Positions 10,367 to 20,965 are shown, counted from the first letter of the stretch. The stretch: DNA of 64,000 bases from Methanobacteriota archaeon (GCA_027064425.1 JAMOPO010000015.1:1-64000), one strand, 5' to 3'. Program-made: numbers and translations. Notes: generated from the letters alone by a model not told the origin.

Positions 10367-13321
10367 GTGGCGCTGGTGTACGACGCGGAGTTCGTGGGGT
10401 CCGAGCGGGAGTTTGAGGAGGAGCTGGAGACCTTCCTGAAGGGCGTCAAGGCTTACGACGGCGTGCTCACGACCCGGTACATCATGGACCGCTCGTCGGA
10501 GGCGAAGAAGGACGAGGAGCTGCTCGAGGTGCATCAGAATTTCATCCTGCTAACAGGCTCCTACGCCTGCTCGATCGACCCCACCGAGGACCGGTACCGG
10601 AACGTGATCGTCCGCGGGGTGAACTTCGACGAGCGCGTCGAGCGGCTGTCCACCGGGGGCTCCCCCGCCCGGTACGCGATCGTGTACCGTCGGGGCTGGA
10701 AGGCCATCGCCAGGGCGCTGGATGTTAATGAGGAGGAGGTTCCCGCGATCGAGGTGCGGGCGGTGAAGAGGAACCCGCTGCAGCCCGCCCTGTACCGGAT
10801 TCTAGTTCGCTACGGCCGCGTGGACCTCATGCCCATCACCGTCGACGAGGTGCCGCCCGAGATGGCGGGTGAGTTCGAGCGGCTCATCGAGCGGTACGAC
10901 GTCCCGATCGACGAGAAGGAGGAAAAGATCCTCGAGATCCTGCGGGAGGACCCCTGGACCCCGCACGACGAGATCGCCCGGAGGCTGGGCCTCTCCGTCG
11001 CGGAGGTGGAGGGGGAGAAGGACCCGGAGAGCAGCGGTATCTACAGCCTCTGGGCGCGCGTGGTCGTCAACATCGAGTACGACAAGCGGGCGGCCAAGCG
11101 GCACATCCGCCGTCGGGACTCCGTCCTGGAGGAGATGTACGAACGGTTGGAGGAGCTCTCCGAGCGCTACCTGGACCGCCGGCTGGACCGGCAGTGGATC
11201 ATCGAGCACAAGCGGGAGATCATGGAGCGCTACCTGGAGCAGCGGGTCGTGGAGTGCGCGATCAAGCTCCAGGACCAGTACGGGGTCCGAGAGGAGGTCG
11301 CCCTCTGCCTCGCCAAGGCCTTCGACGGCTCCATCTCCACGATCGCCACCACCCCGTTCCGCACCCTGAAGGACACCTGCCCGGAGATCAAGCTCGAGGA
11401 GGCCAAGTCCGTCAACCGCACGCTCGCCCGGCTCCTGGACGATTACGGGCTGGATCTCGAGGTCGCCGACGAGCTGATCGAGCACTTCGAGTCCATCGCG
11501 GGCATCCTCGGCGCGGACATCGAGGACGTCGAGCGGATGAAGGAGGAGGGAGTGATCTCGGAGGAGGCTTACGAGGCGGTTTTGGAGATTCAGGTCTCCG
11601 AGCTGGCGAAGAAGGAGGGGATCGGGCGGAAGACGGCGGAGCGCCTCATCCGGGCCTTTGGCAACCCGGAGCGGGTCCTGCAGCTGGCCCGGGAGTTCGA
11701 GATCGAGAAGCTGGCGTCGGTCGAGGGCGTGGGTGAGAAGGTCCTGCAGAGCCTCGTGCCGGGCTACGCCTCGCTCACCTCCATTCGGGGGATCGACCGG
11801 GAGCAGGCCGAGTACCTGTTGAAGAAGTACGGCGGCTACTCGAAGATCCGGGAGGCTCCGGTCGAGGAGCTGCGGAAGGACGGGCTCACGGATGCCCAAA
11901 TCCGCGAGCTCAAGGGGCTCAAGACGCTCGAGAAGATCGTCGGGTCGCTGGAGCGCGCGGACGAGCTGAAGCGCAAGTACGGGTCCGCGGCCGAGGTTCG
12001 CCGGCTCTCCGTCGAGGAGCTGCGCGAGCTCGGCTTCTCCGACGAGGAGATCGCGGAGATCAAGAACGTGCCCAAGAAGCTCCTGGAGGCGTTCGACCTG
12101 GAGACCGCCGTGGAGCTGTACGAGAAGTACGGATCCCTGAAGGAGATCGCCCGGAACGTCTCGTACGACGAGCTGCGCGAGCTCGGCGCCTCACCCAAGG
12201 CCGCCGCCGAGATCAAGGGGCCCGAGTTCAAGCTGCTGTTGAGCGTGGACGGGGTCGGGCCCAAGCTCGCCGAGCGCGTGCTGGAGGCCGTCGACTACGA
12301 CCTGGAGCGACTCGCGTCCCTCAACCCGGAGGAGCTGGCCGAGAGGGTGAAGGGGCTCGGCAGCACGCTGGCGGAGCGGATCGTGTACGCGGCCCGGGAG
12401 CGCGTGGAGCAGCGCCGGGCGGCCCGACGCGAGAAGTCTGAGGAGGAGTGGAAGGAGTGGCTGGAGGAGCGCGTCGGCAAGTCCCGGGCCCGCAGGCTCA
12501 TCGAGCACTTCGGCTCGGCCAAGAAGGTGGGTGAGGCGGTCGAGGAGAAGGCGGTAACGAAGCTCCTCGAGGTGGAGGGGATCGGAGACGCCGCCGTGGC
12601 CGAGCTGGTGCCGGGCTACAAGACCCTGCGCGAGGCCGGGCTGACCCCGGAGGAGATCGAGAAGGTGCTGCGCGAATACGAATCCGTTTCCAAGCTGCAA
12701 GAGGAGGCGACCCCGGAGGAGCTCCGCGAGCTCGGCCTCAGCGACTCCAAGATCGCCCGGCTGTTGGGCCTCAAGACCCTCGTGGACAAGGGGCTCGACG
12801 TGGACACGGCCTACAGGCTGAAGCAGCGGTTCGGCTCGGTCACCGAGGTTCGGAAGGCGCCCGTGAAAGAGCTCCGCGAGCTCGGCCTGTCCGACCGGAA
12901 GATCGCGCGGATCAAGGGCTTCCCGGAGACCATGCTCGAGGTCCGAGGGATGAGCGTCGAGAAGGCGGAGCGACTCCTGGAGCGGTTCGAGACCTGGACC
13001 AAGGTCAAGGAGGCCCCGGTGTCCGAGCTGATCAAGGTCCCGGGCGTGGGGCTGGAGCTGGCCAAAGAGATCAAGGCGCTAGAAAACCCCGCCTGGCGCT
13101 ACCTCCTCGAGGTGAAGGGGGTCAGCCCTGAGCTCGCGGATCGGCTGGTGGAGGAGTTCGGCAGCCCGTACCGGGTGCTGACGGCGAAGAAGGAGGACCT
13201 GGTGAAGGTCGAGGGCGTCGGGCCCAAGCTGGCCGAGCGAATCCGCGAGGCCGGCCGAAGGTACCGCGAGGAGCGGCGGTCGCGGCGCGAGGAGGTCAGG
13301 AAGAAGATCCGCGGCGAGTGA
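10367..13321 (+). CDS. top5: DNA topoisomerase V (type IC) with tandem (HhH)2 domains, 984 aa
   Basis: N-terminus MALVYDAEFVGSEREFEEE. Counting from GTG 10367, R131, R144, H200, K218 and Y226 match the known Topo V active site. Many HhH repeats (VEGVGEK, IRGID, VDGVGPKLAER, VPGVG, VKGVSPELA). Confidence 0.97.
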   Translation: MALVYDAEFVGSEREFEEELETFLKGVKAYDGVLTTRYIMDRSSEAKKDEELLEVHQNFILLTGSYACSIDPTEDRYRNVIVRGVNFDERVERLSTGGSPARYAIVYRRGWKAIARALDVNEEEVPAIEVRAVKRNPLQPALYRILVRYGRVDLMPITVDEVPPEMAGEFERLIERYDVPIDEKEEKILEILREDPWTPHDEIARRLGLSVAEVEGEKDPESSGIYSLWARVVVNIEYDKRAAKRHIRRRDSVLEEMYERLEELSERYLDRRLDRQWIIEHKREIMERYLEQRVVECAIKLQDQYGVREEVALCLAKAFDGSISTIATTPFRTLKDTCPEIKLEEAKSVNRTLARLLDDYGLDLEVADELIEHFESIAGILGADIEDVERMKEEGVISEEAYEAVLEIQVSELAKKEGIGRKTAERLIRAFGNPERVLQLAREFEIEKLASVEGVGEKVLQSLVPGYASLTSIRGIDREQAEYLLKKYGGYSKIREAPVEELRKDGLTDAQIRELKGLKTLEKIVGSLERADELKRKYGSAAEVRRLSVEELRELGFSDEEIAEIKNVPKKLLEAFDLETAVELYEKYGSLKEIARNVSYDELRELGASPKAAAEIKGPEFKLLLSVDGVGPKLAERVLEAVDYDLERLASLNPEELAERVKGLGSTLAERIVYAARERVEQRRAARREKSEEEWKEWLEERVGKSRARRLIEHFGSAKKVGEAVEEKAVTKLLEVEGIGDAAVAELVPGYKTLREAGLTPEEIEKVLREYESVSKLQEEATPEELRELGLSDSKIARLLGLKTLVDKGLDVDTAYRLKQRFGSVTEVRKAPVKELRELGLSDRKIARIKGFPETMLEVRGMSVEKAERLLERFETWTKVKEAPVSELIKVPGVGLELAKEIKALENPAWRYLLEVKGVSPELADRLVEEFGSPYRVLTAKKEDLVKVEGVGPKLAERIREAGRRYREERRSRREEVRKKIRGE

Positions 13322-14489
13322 GCTCCTCCATCGCCCGCAGGAACTCCTCAACCTCGCTCTCATCGTTGTAGAACGCCAGCGAGGCCCGGACGCACCCGTC
13401 CAGCCCCAACCTCTCGAATACGAGCGTGGCGCAGTGCGTGCCCGTCCTGACGCAGATCCCCCGCTCTCCCAGCTCCCTCCCCACCTCCTGGTGGTCCATC
13501 CCCTCAACGATAAACGGCACGATCGTGACCCGGCGAGCCTCCGGGCACAGAATCTCCACGCCGTCCAGGTCCATCAGCCCCTCCACCACCCGGCGCGTCA
13601 ACCGGCGCACGCGGCGCTCGATACGCCTCAGCCCGACCTCCTCTAGGATCCGGACACCCTCCGCCAACCCGACCACGCCCGGGAGGTTCGGCGTGCCCGA
13701 CTCGAACACGTGCGGGAAGCCGCTCGGTACCACCTCCGTCCCTTCGACCCGGTCCGTCGAACCGCCGCCCAGCAGCCGCGGCTCCAGCTCCTCCCGCACG
13801 TCCTCCCGGACGTACAGCACGCCCGTGCCGTGCGGGCCGAGCAGCCCCTTGTGCCCCGGGGCCGCAACGAAGTGGTACCGGGAGAAGTCGTGGTCCACGG
13901 CGCCCAGCGACTGCGCGGCGTCCAGGAGCACGTAAGCACCGGCCTCCTCGGCCAGATCCAGGATCTCCTCGGCCGGCTGGAGCGACCCCAGGGCGTTGCT
14001 CTCGTGCGTGACCGCCACGACCTTCGTCCGATCATCGATCGCGGACTCCAGCCTCGACATATCCACGGTGCCCGTTTCCGGGTCGAACCCGACGATTTCC
14101 ACCTCGAACCCGAGCAGCTCCGAGAACTTCAGCCAGGGCGAGAGGTTCGAGTGGTGCTCCAGGGCCGTCGTGACGACCTTGTCGCCGGGACCCAGGTTCA
14201 GCGCGCACAGCACGGCGTGGATCGAGGTCGTCGTGTTAAAAGTGAACGACAGGCACTCCGGATCCACGCCCAGGAACGACGCCACGGTCTTCCGGGCCCG
14301 CTCGAACTCCCGGGTCGCCTCCTCCCCCGGCGGGTGCGCGCCCCGACCAACGTTCACGCCGAACTCACGCAGCGCTCGCTCCATGGCCCGGATCACGCGC
14401 TCATGCTTCAGCGAGGTGGCCGCGTTGTCGAGGTACACCCACCTCTCCTTCAGCGGGAATCCGCGCAGGATTTCCTCCAGGTCACCCAC
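13296..14489 (-). CDS. sufS: SufS/CsdA-type cysteine desulfurase / selenocysteine lyase
   Basis: YLDNAATS, EHHSN, DAAQS, GHKGLLGPHG, RTGTHCA. Confidence 0.88.
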   Translation of the reverse strand: MGDLEEILRGFPLKERWVYLDNAATSLKHERVIRAMERALREFGVNVGRGAHPPGEEATREFERARKTVASFLGVDPECLSFTFNTTTSIHAVLCALNLGPGDKVVTTALEHHSNLSPWLKFSELLGFEVEIVGFDPETGTVDMSRLESAIDDRTKVVAVTHESNALGSLQPAEEILDLAEEAGAYVLLDAAQSLGAVDHDFSRYHFVAAPGHKGLLGPHGTGVLYVREDVREELEPRLLGGGSTDRVEGTEVVPSGFPHVFESGTPNLPGVVGLAEGVRILEEVGLRRIERRVRRLTRRVVEGLMDLDGVEILCPEARRVTIVPFIVEGMDHQEVGRELGERGICVRTGTHCATLVFERLGLDGCVRASLAFYNDESEVEEFLRAMEELTRRGSSS

Positions 14490-15267
14490 GCCTGAGGAAC
14501 CCCCGGAGGAACTCTCTCACTCGCTCGGTGTTCGGTACATCCCACACGTGCCATCCGCTTTCGTAGCCGGTGATTAGGCTGAACCGCTCCGCGTCCGGAT
14601 CGAGCCGCCCGCCCTCCTTCACGATCACAGGCTCACCGCGCGCGGCATCGAGCGCGCTCTCCTTGTCCGGGTGGTAGTCCCGGTGCGACTCGGACCGGAA
14701 GACCAAGACCGCGGCCTTGTGCCGCCGCTTCACCCGGTCGAGCAGCATCCCGTGCTCCCGCATGAACTCCTCGAGATCCTCGATGAACTCCGGGGGACAG
14801 CGGGTGACGATCCTCCCCGTGCTCTCCCTGACGGAGTCCAGGCAGTGCTCGAGGAACTCCTGGACCGCCTCCAGGCTCGGTCGCTGGGAGACCCCACTCC
14901 TGATCCCCCACGGCGGGTCGGTGAGCACCTCATCGACCCTGCCTCGAAAGTCCTCGACCCCACACTCCAGCGGCAGCACGTCGCCCTCCAGCAGCTCCGC
15001 GTTCTCCGCGACGTTGTCCATCAGGGCCGCCACGTGGTCCGGGTCCGGCTCGACGCCGTAGACCGTGTAGGGACCCAAGGCGGCCGCCGCGATCGCGAAC
15101 GAGCCGCAGCCGGCCCCCGCGTCCAGGATCTCACCCTCCCAGGGTGCCCTGAGGTCCCGCACGACCTCCATGATGTACCGGGTGCTGGGGATGACGACCC
15201 GGGAGGGCCTCATCCGCAGGTGTTCCTCGAGGTAGGGAAGGGAGACGGGGACCGCTTTGGCGGGCAA
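14482..15267 (-). CDS. Class I SAM-dependent methyltransferase (DPPW motif IV, amino-methyltransferase type)
   Basis: LDAGAGCG motif I; TDPPWG. Confidence 0.8.
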   Translation of the reverse strand: MPAKAVPVSLPYLEEHLRMRPSRVVIPSTRYIMEVVRDLRAPWEGEILDAGAGCGSFAIAAAALGPYTVYGVEPDPDHVAALMDNVAENAELLEGDVLPLECGVEDFRGRVDEVLTDPPWGIRSGVSQRPSLEAVQEFLEHCLDSVRESTGRIVTRCPPEFIEDLEEFMREHGMLLDRVKRRHKAAVLVFRSESHRDYHPDKESALDAARGEPVIVKEGGRLDPDAERFSLITGYESGWHVWDVPNTERVREFLRGFLRRG

Positions 15268-15280
15268 GGGGGAGGCCCCG

Positions 15281-16543
15281 CTACAGGTAGCGCCGCGGGT
15301 CCGTGATCTCCCCCTCGATGGCGCTCGCGGCGGCCGTGGCCGGGCTGGCCAGGTACACCTCCGACTCTCGGTGTCCCATTCGCCCCGGGAAGTTCCGGTT
15401 GGACGTGGCCAGGCACCGCTCGCCCTCGGCCAGCACCCCCATGTGCCCGCCGAGGCACGGGCCGCACGTCGGCGGGCAGATGATGGCGCCCGCCTCGTGC
15501 AGCGTCTCGATGATCCCCTCCCTCAGCGCCCGCGAGTACACCTCCCGAGACGCCGGGATCACGATCAGCCGGACGTCGTCGTGCACCTCCTCACCCTCCA
15601 GGATCTCCGCCGCCACGCGCAGGTCGTTGAGACGGCCGTTCGTGCACGAGCCGATGAACACCTGGTCGACGGCGGTCCCCTCCACCTCGTGGACGGGAAC
15701 CACGTTGTCCGGGCTCGAAGGCTTGGCCACCTGCGGGTCCAGATTCGAAACGTCGAGCCGCAGCTCCGCCTCGTACCGGGCGTCCGGGTCCGGCTGGACC
15801 GGTCGACCCTCGTCTCCGGCGCGCTTCCGGACGTACCGCAGCGTCTTCTCGTCCGGCGGTACGAGGCCCGTCTTGGCACCCATCTCGATGGCCATGTTGC
15901 ACAGGCACATCCGATCGGAAACGCTCATGTTCTCCACTACCTCGCCGTGGTACTCGATGGCCATGTAGGTCGCACCGTCCGCGCCGACCTCGCCCGTCAC
16001 CTTCAGCACCACGTCCTTGGCGTACACGCCCTCCGGCAGCTCACCCACGATCTCGACCCTGTACGTCTCCGGGACCCGGAACCAGAGCTTGCCCGTGGCG
16101 AAGACGGCCGCCATGTCCGTGGACCCGATCCCCGTGGCGAAGGCGCCCAGCGCTCCGTGCGTGCAGGTGTGCGAGTCGGCCCCCACGATCACGTCGCCGG
16201 GCCGCACGTGGCCCTTCTCCGGCAGGACCTGGTGGCACACTCCCTCTCGGACGTCGTAGAAGTGCTCGATCCCCTGCTCCCGGACGAACTCCCGCATCAT
16301 CTTGTGGTTCTCCGCCGCCTCGACCGAGTCCGCGGGCACCTGATGGTCGAACAGGACGACGATCTTGGACGGGTCCCACACGCGGTCGACCTCCATCTCC
16401 TTCAACCGCTGCACCGTGATCGGGCCGGTGATGTCGTGAACCATCGCCACGTCCACCTCGGCGACCACGATATCTCCGGCCTCCGCATCCTCCCCGGACG
16501 CCCGCGAGAGGATCTTCTCCGCCATCGTCTTGCCCTTGCTCAC
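15281..16543 (-). CDS. leuC: Isopropylmalate/homoaconitate isomerase large subunit (LeuC/HacA family)
   Basis: [41 protein letters not shown]-like [12 protein letters not shown]; start GTG 16543; LeuC vs HacA not resolvable by eye. Confidence 0.85.
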   Translation of the reverse strand: MSKGKTMAEKILSRASGEDAEAGDIVVAEVDVAMVHDITGPITVQRLKEMEVDRVWDPSKIVVLFDHQVPADSVEAAENHKMMREFVREQGIEHFYDVREGVCHQVLPEKGHVRPGDVIVGADSHTCTHGALGAFATGIGSTDMAAVFATGKLWFRVPETYRVEIVGELPEGVYAKDVVLKVTGEVGADGATYMAIEYHGEVVENMSVSDRMCLCNMAIEMGAKTGLVPPDEKTLRYVRKRAGDEGRPVQPDPDARYEAELRLDVSNLDPQVAKPSSPDNVVPVHEVEGTAVDQVFIGSCTNGRLNDLRVAAEILEGEEVHDDVRLIVIPASREVYSRALREGIIETLHEAGAIICPPTCGPCLGGHMGVLAEGERCLATSNRNFPGRMGHRESEVYLASPATAAASAIEGEITDPRRYL

Positions 16544-16603
16544 GGTTCCACCCCCCTCGGCCCGGCGCCCGGGCGGGCGTTGAAAAAGCTCGGGGGGCTC
16601 GGC

Positions 16604-17884
16604 ATGTCCGACGTGGATGAGCTGATTGAAAGGCTGGCGAGAAGCACGGGACGGTCGCGTGAGGAGCTGCTCGAGAAGGTCCGTGAGCTGCAGGAAAGGT
16701 GGGGCATCTCCAAGGAAGGGGCCGTGCTCGCCCTCGCCTCCGAGCTGGGAGTGGACCTCATGGAGGCCGAGACCGGTGAAGGCGAGCTCGTCTCCCTGGA
16801 GAGAGCCATCTCGGACGGGCTCAAATCCTTCGACGCGGAGTTCGTGGTCGTGCGAGCCCCGGAGGTCGTCGAGACCCGGAGCGGCGGGCGGATGGCGACG
16901 GCGGTGATCGCCGACGAGACCCGCTCGGCCGCGCTCGTGGCCTTCGATGAGGAGGTGGAGAAGCTGCGAGAGCTCAGTGAAGGGGACGTCGTCCGTGGAG
17001 AGAACCTCCGCACGACCGCCTTCCGGAGCAGCCCCCAGATCGTGATAGACGAGGAGACGAGCCTGCGCGTGGTCGATGAGCACGAGGACCCGGACGAGCT
17101 GATCGAGCGGACCACGTCCGAGCTCAAGCACGGGGAGTACGTGCGCGTCCGAGGCGTCGTCGTCAGCGAGCCCACCGACACCGGGGAGCGCGTGCACTTC
17201 TGGCTCTCGGACGAGGAGGGGTCGGTGCGAGTGAACGCGTGGGGCGACGCGGCGGAGAGCGCGCTGGAGCTGGAGTACGGTCAGGGGGCCGTCGTGGAGG
17301 GCTGGGTCTCGACCCGCGGTGGCAACCCGGTGATCAACGTGCTCCGCACGCACGGGCGCGTGGAGCCCGCGGAGGTTCCCATCCGCCCCGCCATCAAGCG
17401 CCGGATCCGGGACCTGGAGGAGGGTGACGTGGCGGAGATCTCCGGCGTCGTCGTCGCCGTGTACGCCCGTCGACGGTACTACGAGGCCTGCCCGCGGTGC
17501 GGTCGGGCGGTCCGAGACGGTGAGTGTCCGGAGCACGGTCCCACCGAGCCCGAGCGTCGGCCGGTGCTCAACCTGGTCGTGGACGACGGGACGGGCACGG
17601 CCCGGGTAGCCTTCTTCGGCGACCTGGCGGTGGACATCGCGGGCTGCGACAGCCGGCGCGAGTTCTTCGACGCCGAGGAGGAGGAGCTTGAGGAGCGGCT
17701 GCTCGGGGAGAGCATCTCCGTGGTCGTGAGGGTGCGCGGCGAGGGGATCGTGGAGGACTACGACGCGGTGGCACTGCGAGGGCAGCTACTTGACGATGAA
17801 GATTTGAAGCGGGAGGTGTCCATGCTACTCCGAGAGCTCGAGGGGGAGGCGCGTGAAGAGGGAAGTGAGGCTGGACGAGATTGA
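16604..17884 (+). CDS. rpa: Replication protein A (OB folds plus CxxC..CxxH zinc finger)
   Basis: [36 protein letters not shown]; start ATG 16604; directly upstream of radA. Confidence 0.88.
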   Translation: MSDVDELIERLARSTGRSREELLEKVRELQERWGISKEGAVLALASELGVDLMEAETGEGELVSLERAISDGLKSFDAEFVVVRAPEVVETRSGGRMATAVIADETRSAALVAFDEEVEKLRELSEGDVVRGENLRTTAFRSSPQIVIDEETSLRVVDEHEDPDELIERTTSELKHGEYVRVRGVVVSEPTDTGERVHFWLSDEEGSVRVNAWGDAAESALELEYGQGAVVEGWVSTRGGNPVINVLRTHGRVEPAEVPIRPAIKRRIRDLEEGDVAEISGVVVAVYARRRYYEACPRCGRAVRDGECPEHGPTEPERRPVLNLVVDDGTGTARVAFFGDLAVDIAGCDSRREFFDAEEEELEERLLGESISVVVRVRGEGIVEDYDAVALRGQLLDDEDLKREVSMLLRELEGEAREEGSEAGRD

Positions 17885-18818
17885 CCTGCTGCCGGAGGAC
17901 GTGATTCGGAGGCTGGAGAAAGAGGACATCCTCACCGTGGAGGACTTCGTCTACGCAGACCCGGAGTACCTCGCGGAGGTGACGGGTATGTCCGAGAAGG
18001 AGATCGAGAGCCTGCAGGACGAGCTGCGAGACACCGTGGCCGAGGCGGAGGAGGTGGAGTTCGAGACCCTGGACCAGGTGGAGCACGAGCGGGATAGGAT
18101 CACGACCGGCTCCTCCGCGCTCGACGAGATCCTGGGAGGAGGCGTCGGCTGCGGGGAGCTGACCGAGTTCGCCGGCCCGTTCGGCTCCGGCAAGACCCAG
18201 ATCGTCTTCCAGCTGTGCGTCAACGTGCAGCTGCCCGAGTCCGAGGGTGGACTGGGAGCCAAGGCCGTGTTCATCGACACGGAGAGCACGATCTCCCCGC
18301 AGCGGATCAAGCAGATGGCCCGGGCGGCCGGGCTGGACCCGGGTCAGGCGCTCCGGAACATCTTCGTCACCCGGGTCAAGTCCGTGGAGGAGCAGCTTCA
18401 GGCGGCCAAGCAGGCGTACGAGATCTGCGAGCGCGAGGACGTGGGCCTCGTGGTCGTCGACTCCCTGACCGCCCACTTCCGGGCCGAGTTCCCGAGGCTG
18501 AAGGACGTGAAGGAGCGGCAGTCCCTGCTCTCCAACCACGTGAAGGACCTCTGGAAGATCGCGACCGATCACGACGTGGCGGTCGTCTTCACGAACCAGG
18601 TCCACGTCGACGTGGAGGCCGCCACGAAGGGTAAGGGCAAGAAGTACGAGCCCGTGGGCGGCACGATCGTCGCGCACCAGGCCACGCACAGGATCATGCT
18701 GAGGCGGGCCAAGGGTGAGGTCCGCATCGCCCGCGTGATCGACTCCCCCTACCTGCCCCAGCGGGAGGCGCCTTTCAGGATCACCAACGAGGGCATTCGC
18801 GACCTCAAGACCGAGTGA
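17853..18818 (+). CDS. radA: RadA recombinase (divergent)
   Basis: N-terminal HhH domain, RITTGSSALDEILGGG, GPFGSGKTQ, VVDSLTAHFRAE, RIARVIDSP. Confidence 0.88.
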   Translation: MKREVRLDEIDLLPEDVIRRLEKEDILTVEDFVYADPEYLAEVTGMSEKEIESLQDELRDTVAEAEEVEFETLDQVEHERDRITTGSSALDEILGGGVGCGELTEFAGPFGSGKTQIVFQLCVNVQLPESEGGLGAKAVFIDTESTISPQRIKQMARAAGLDPGQALRNIFVTRVKSVEEQLQAAKQAYEICEREDVGLVVVDSLTAHFRAEFPRLKDVKERQSLLSNHVKDLWKIATDHDVAVVFTNQVHVDVEAATKGKGKKYEPVGGTIVAHQATHRIMLRRAKGEVRIARVIDSPYLPQREAPFRITNEGIRDLKTE

Positions 18819-18878
18819 TGAGAGGCCCAATAGCCGAGAGGAGGGGTCGATGACGAGCTCCCGGTCCCACCTGACGCG
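18812..18878 (+). ncRNA. Box C/D methylation guide sRNA overlapping the radA stop codon
   Basis: C GTGATGA 18815-21, D' CCGA 18834-37, C' TCGATGA 18847-53, D CTGA 18871-74; guides antisense to archaeal 16S motifs UAUUGGGCCU and UGGGACCGGGAG. Confidence 0.85.
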
Positions 18879-18898
18879 CCCCGCGGCGGTGGCGCCGC

Positions 18899-20011
18899 GT
18901 GGAATACGACGTGGTCGTGGTGGGGGCGGGTCCGGCCGGGTCGATGGCGGCGTGGGCGGCCGCGCGGGAGGGCTGTGACGTTCTGATCCTGGAGCGCCGG
19001 GCCGAGATCGGCGTGCCCAAGCAGTGCGCCGAAGGCATCAGCGCCCGGGCGCTCCGGGAGGCCGAGGTCCCGGCCGACGGGCCCTGGATCGCCCAGGAGA
19101 TCCGGCGCGGCGTCCTCGCCCTACCCACGCCCGACGGCATCGAAACCTTCGAGGTGGGAGGCATCCGAGGCTTCGTCCTCGAGCGCAAACTGTTCGACCG
19201 GTGGCTCGCGATCCGGGCGGTTGAGGAGGGTGCCGAGCTGAGGCTGCTGGTCGAGGCCAGGGGGGTCATCAGGGAAGAGGGCCGCGTCGTGGGCGTCGAG
19301 ACGACGTCCGGGAGCGTCCGGGCCGAGGTGGTGATCGCGGCGGACGGGATCGAGTCGCGGGTCGGGCGGAGCGCGGGGCTCGTCCCGCCGCTCGAGCCGG
19401 AGGACCTCTGCACCTGCGCCCAGTACGAGGTCGTGGGGAGCGTCGAGATCGAGGACGCCTTCACGATCTTCTTCGACCCGGACCGAATCCCGGGCGGCTA
19501 CGCCTGGGTATTCCCTAAAGGTAGCGACCGGGCCAACGTGGGCGTGGGATGCCGGGGAAAGTCCGCGAGGGAGCTACTGAATGAGCTGCTCCGCGGCCCG
19601 CTTTCCGAGTTCGTCAGTGGCGGGCCCGTCGAGTTGAACGTGGGTGGCGTGCCGGTGTGCGGGCCGCTGGAGAGGACGTACGATGACGGGATCCTCGTCG
19701 TGGGGGACGCGGCCCGGCAGGTGAATCCGGCAACGGGCGGCGGGCTGAACGCCGCTCTAATCTGCGGTCGGATCGCGGGCGAGGTGGCGGCGGAGGCGGC
19801 GAGCGAGGAGGACCCGTCCGCGGAGCGGTTGAAGGAGTACCAGGAGCGCTGGGAGAGGGAGCTGGGAGACACGTTCGAGGCGGGTCTCGAGCTTGCGGAA
19901 ATCGTGAGCGAGGTCAGCGCGGAGGACGTGGTGGAGTTCTTAAAAGACGTTGAGGACCTGGAGGGCCTCCTGCGGTCCTCCGGGCTGCTGGAGAAGCACT
20001 GGTGGGGCTAG
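18899..20011 (+). CDS. Geranylgeranyl reductase (DGGGPL reductase) family flavoprotein
   Basis: [40 protein letters not shown]. Confidence 0.9.
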   Translation: MEYDVVVVGAGPAGSMAAWAAAREGCDVLILERRAEIGVPKQCAEGISARALREAEVPADGPWIAQEIRRGVLALPTPDGIETFEVGGIRGFVLERKLFDRWLAIRAVEEGAELRLLVEARGVIREEGRVVGVETTSGSVRAEVVIAADGIESRVGRSAGLVPPLEPEDLCTCAQYEVVGSVEIEDAFTIFFDPDRIPGGYAWVFPKGSDRANVGVGCRGKSARELLNELLRGPLSEFVSGGPVELNVGGVPVCGPLERTYDDGILVVGDAARQVNPATGGGLNAALICGRIAGEVAAEAASEEDPSAERLKEYQERWERELGDTFEAGLELAEIVSEVSAEDVVEFLKDVEDLEGLLRSSGLLEKHWWG

Positions 20012-20214
20012 GAGCCGCCCTTCTGCTCCGCCTTAAACTCCCGGTGCTTCTCGGTCCACCGCACCTTCTTCGGGTCCCGACCCAGCTTCAGCATGTTCTT
20101 CTCGCACTTGCTGGAGCAGAACCACAGGACGGTGCCGTCGTTCTTCACGAACATCTTGCCGGTACCGGGCTCGATGATGCGACCGCAGAAGTCGCAGCGG
20201 CGAATCTCCGGCAC
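20008..20214 (-). CDS. rpl24e: 50S ribosomal protein L24e
   Basis: [26 protein letters not shown]. Confidence 0.95.
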   Translation of the reverse strand: MPEIRRCDFCGRIIEPGTGKMFVKNDGTVLWFCSSKCEKNMLKLGRDPKKVRWTEKHREFKAEQKGGS

Positions 20215-20229
20215 CGTGCTCGGCCCCCG

Positions 20230-20454
20230 TTACTCGATGGGCCGCGCCTCGCGCTCGGTCTCCCGGAGCAGCAGGATGTCGCCCTCACGCACTGGACCCT
20301 TCACGTTCCTGGTGATGATCCGGCCCTTGTCGGGTCCCTCCAGGATTCGGACCTTGACCTGGGTCACCTCACCGGTCATTCCCGTCCGTCCCAGGATCTC
20401 CACGACCTCTGCCGGCGTTGCGTCCTCAGTCGGGTCGTAGTCGCACTCTACCAT
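20230..20454 (-). CDS. rps28e: 30S ribosomal protein S28e
   Basis: [37 protein letters not shown]. Confidence 0.95.
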   Translation of the reverse strand: MVECDYDPTEDATPAEVVEILGRTGMTGEVTQVKVRILEGPDKGRIITRNVKGPVREGDILLLRETEREARPIE

Positions 20455-20563
20455 GCTCGCTCACCCCCAGGCGGCACCCCCTCCGCGGGTTATGAAGTTT
20501 CGTCGGGGCTCCGGTACAAGACTTAAAGTGCGGACGAGGCCGCGCGGTCGGGGGTGTGGGCGG

Positions 20564-20959
20564 ATGGCCGAGTTCAAGGTAGTGATCGCGGACCCGGAGA
20601 AGGGGCGCTCCTACCAGGTCACGGTGGAGGGCGAGGACGCGGAGAAGCTGATCGGGAAACAGATCGGGGACGTCATCAACGGCGAGATCGTGGGCCTGCC
20701 GGGGTACAAGCTCAAGATCACGGGAGGCACGGATAAGGATGGGTTTCCAATGAGGCCGGACATTCAGGGAGCGGGACGGCACCGGGTGCTGCTGGACGGA
20801 CCGCCCGGGTTCCGCCCGCGCCGCAAGGGTGAGCGCCGGCGCAAGACCGTGCGCGGCAACACGATCAGCGAGGACATCGTGCAGGTGAACACGGTCATCG
20901 TCGAGTACGGGGAGAAGCCCGTCGAGGAGCTGCTGGGTGAGGGTGGCGAGGAGGAGTAA
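20564..20959 (+). CDS. rps6e: 30S ribosomal protein S6e
   Basis: [33 protein letters not shown]; start ATG 20564. Confidence 0.95.
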   Translation: MAEFKVVIADPEKGRSYQVTVEGEDAEKLIGKQIGDVINGEIVGLPGYKLKITGGTDKDGFPMRPDIQGAGRHRVLLDGPPGFRPRRKGERRRKTVRGNTISEDIVQVNTVIVEYGEKPVEELLGEGGEEE

Positions 20960-20965
20960 GCGCGG

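Noticed and set aside
11590-13260. Repeated DNA segments such as gagctccgcgagctcggcct
   Set aside because: Coding HhH repeats of Topo V, not a CRISPR array or mobile repeat.
15257-17884. 875-aa and 751-aa ORFs suggesting fusions
   Set aside because: Upstream extensions are antisense read-through across the divergent leuC/rpa pair; real starts are 16543 and 16604.
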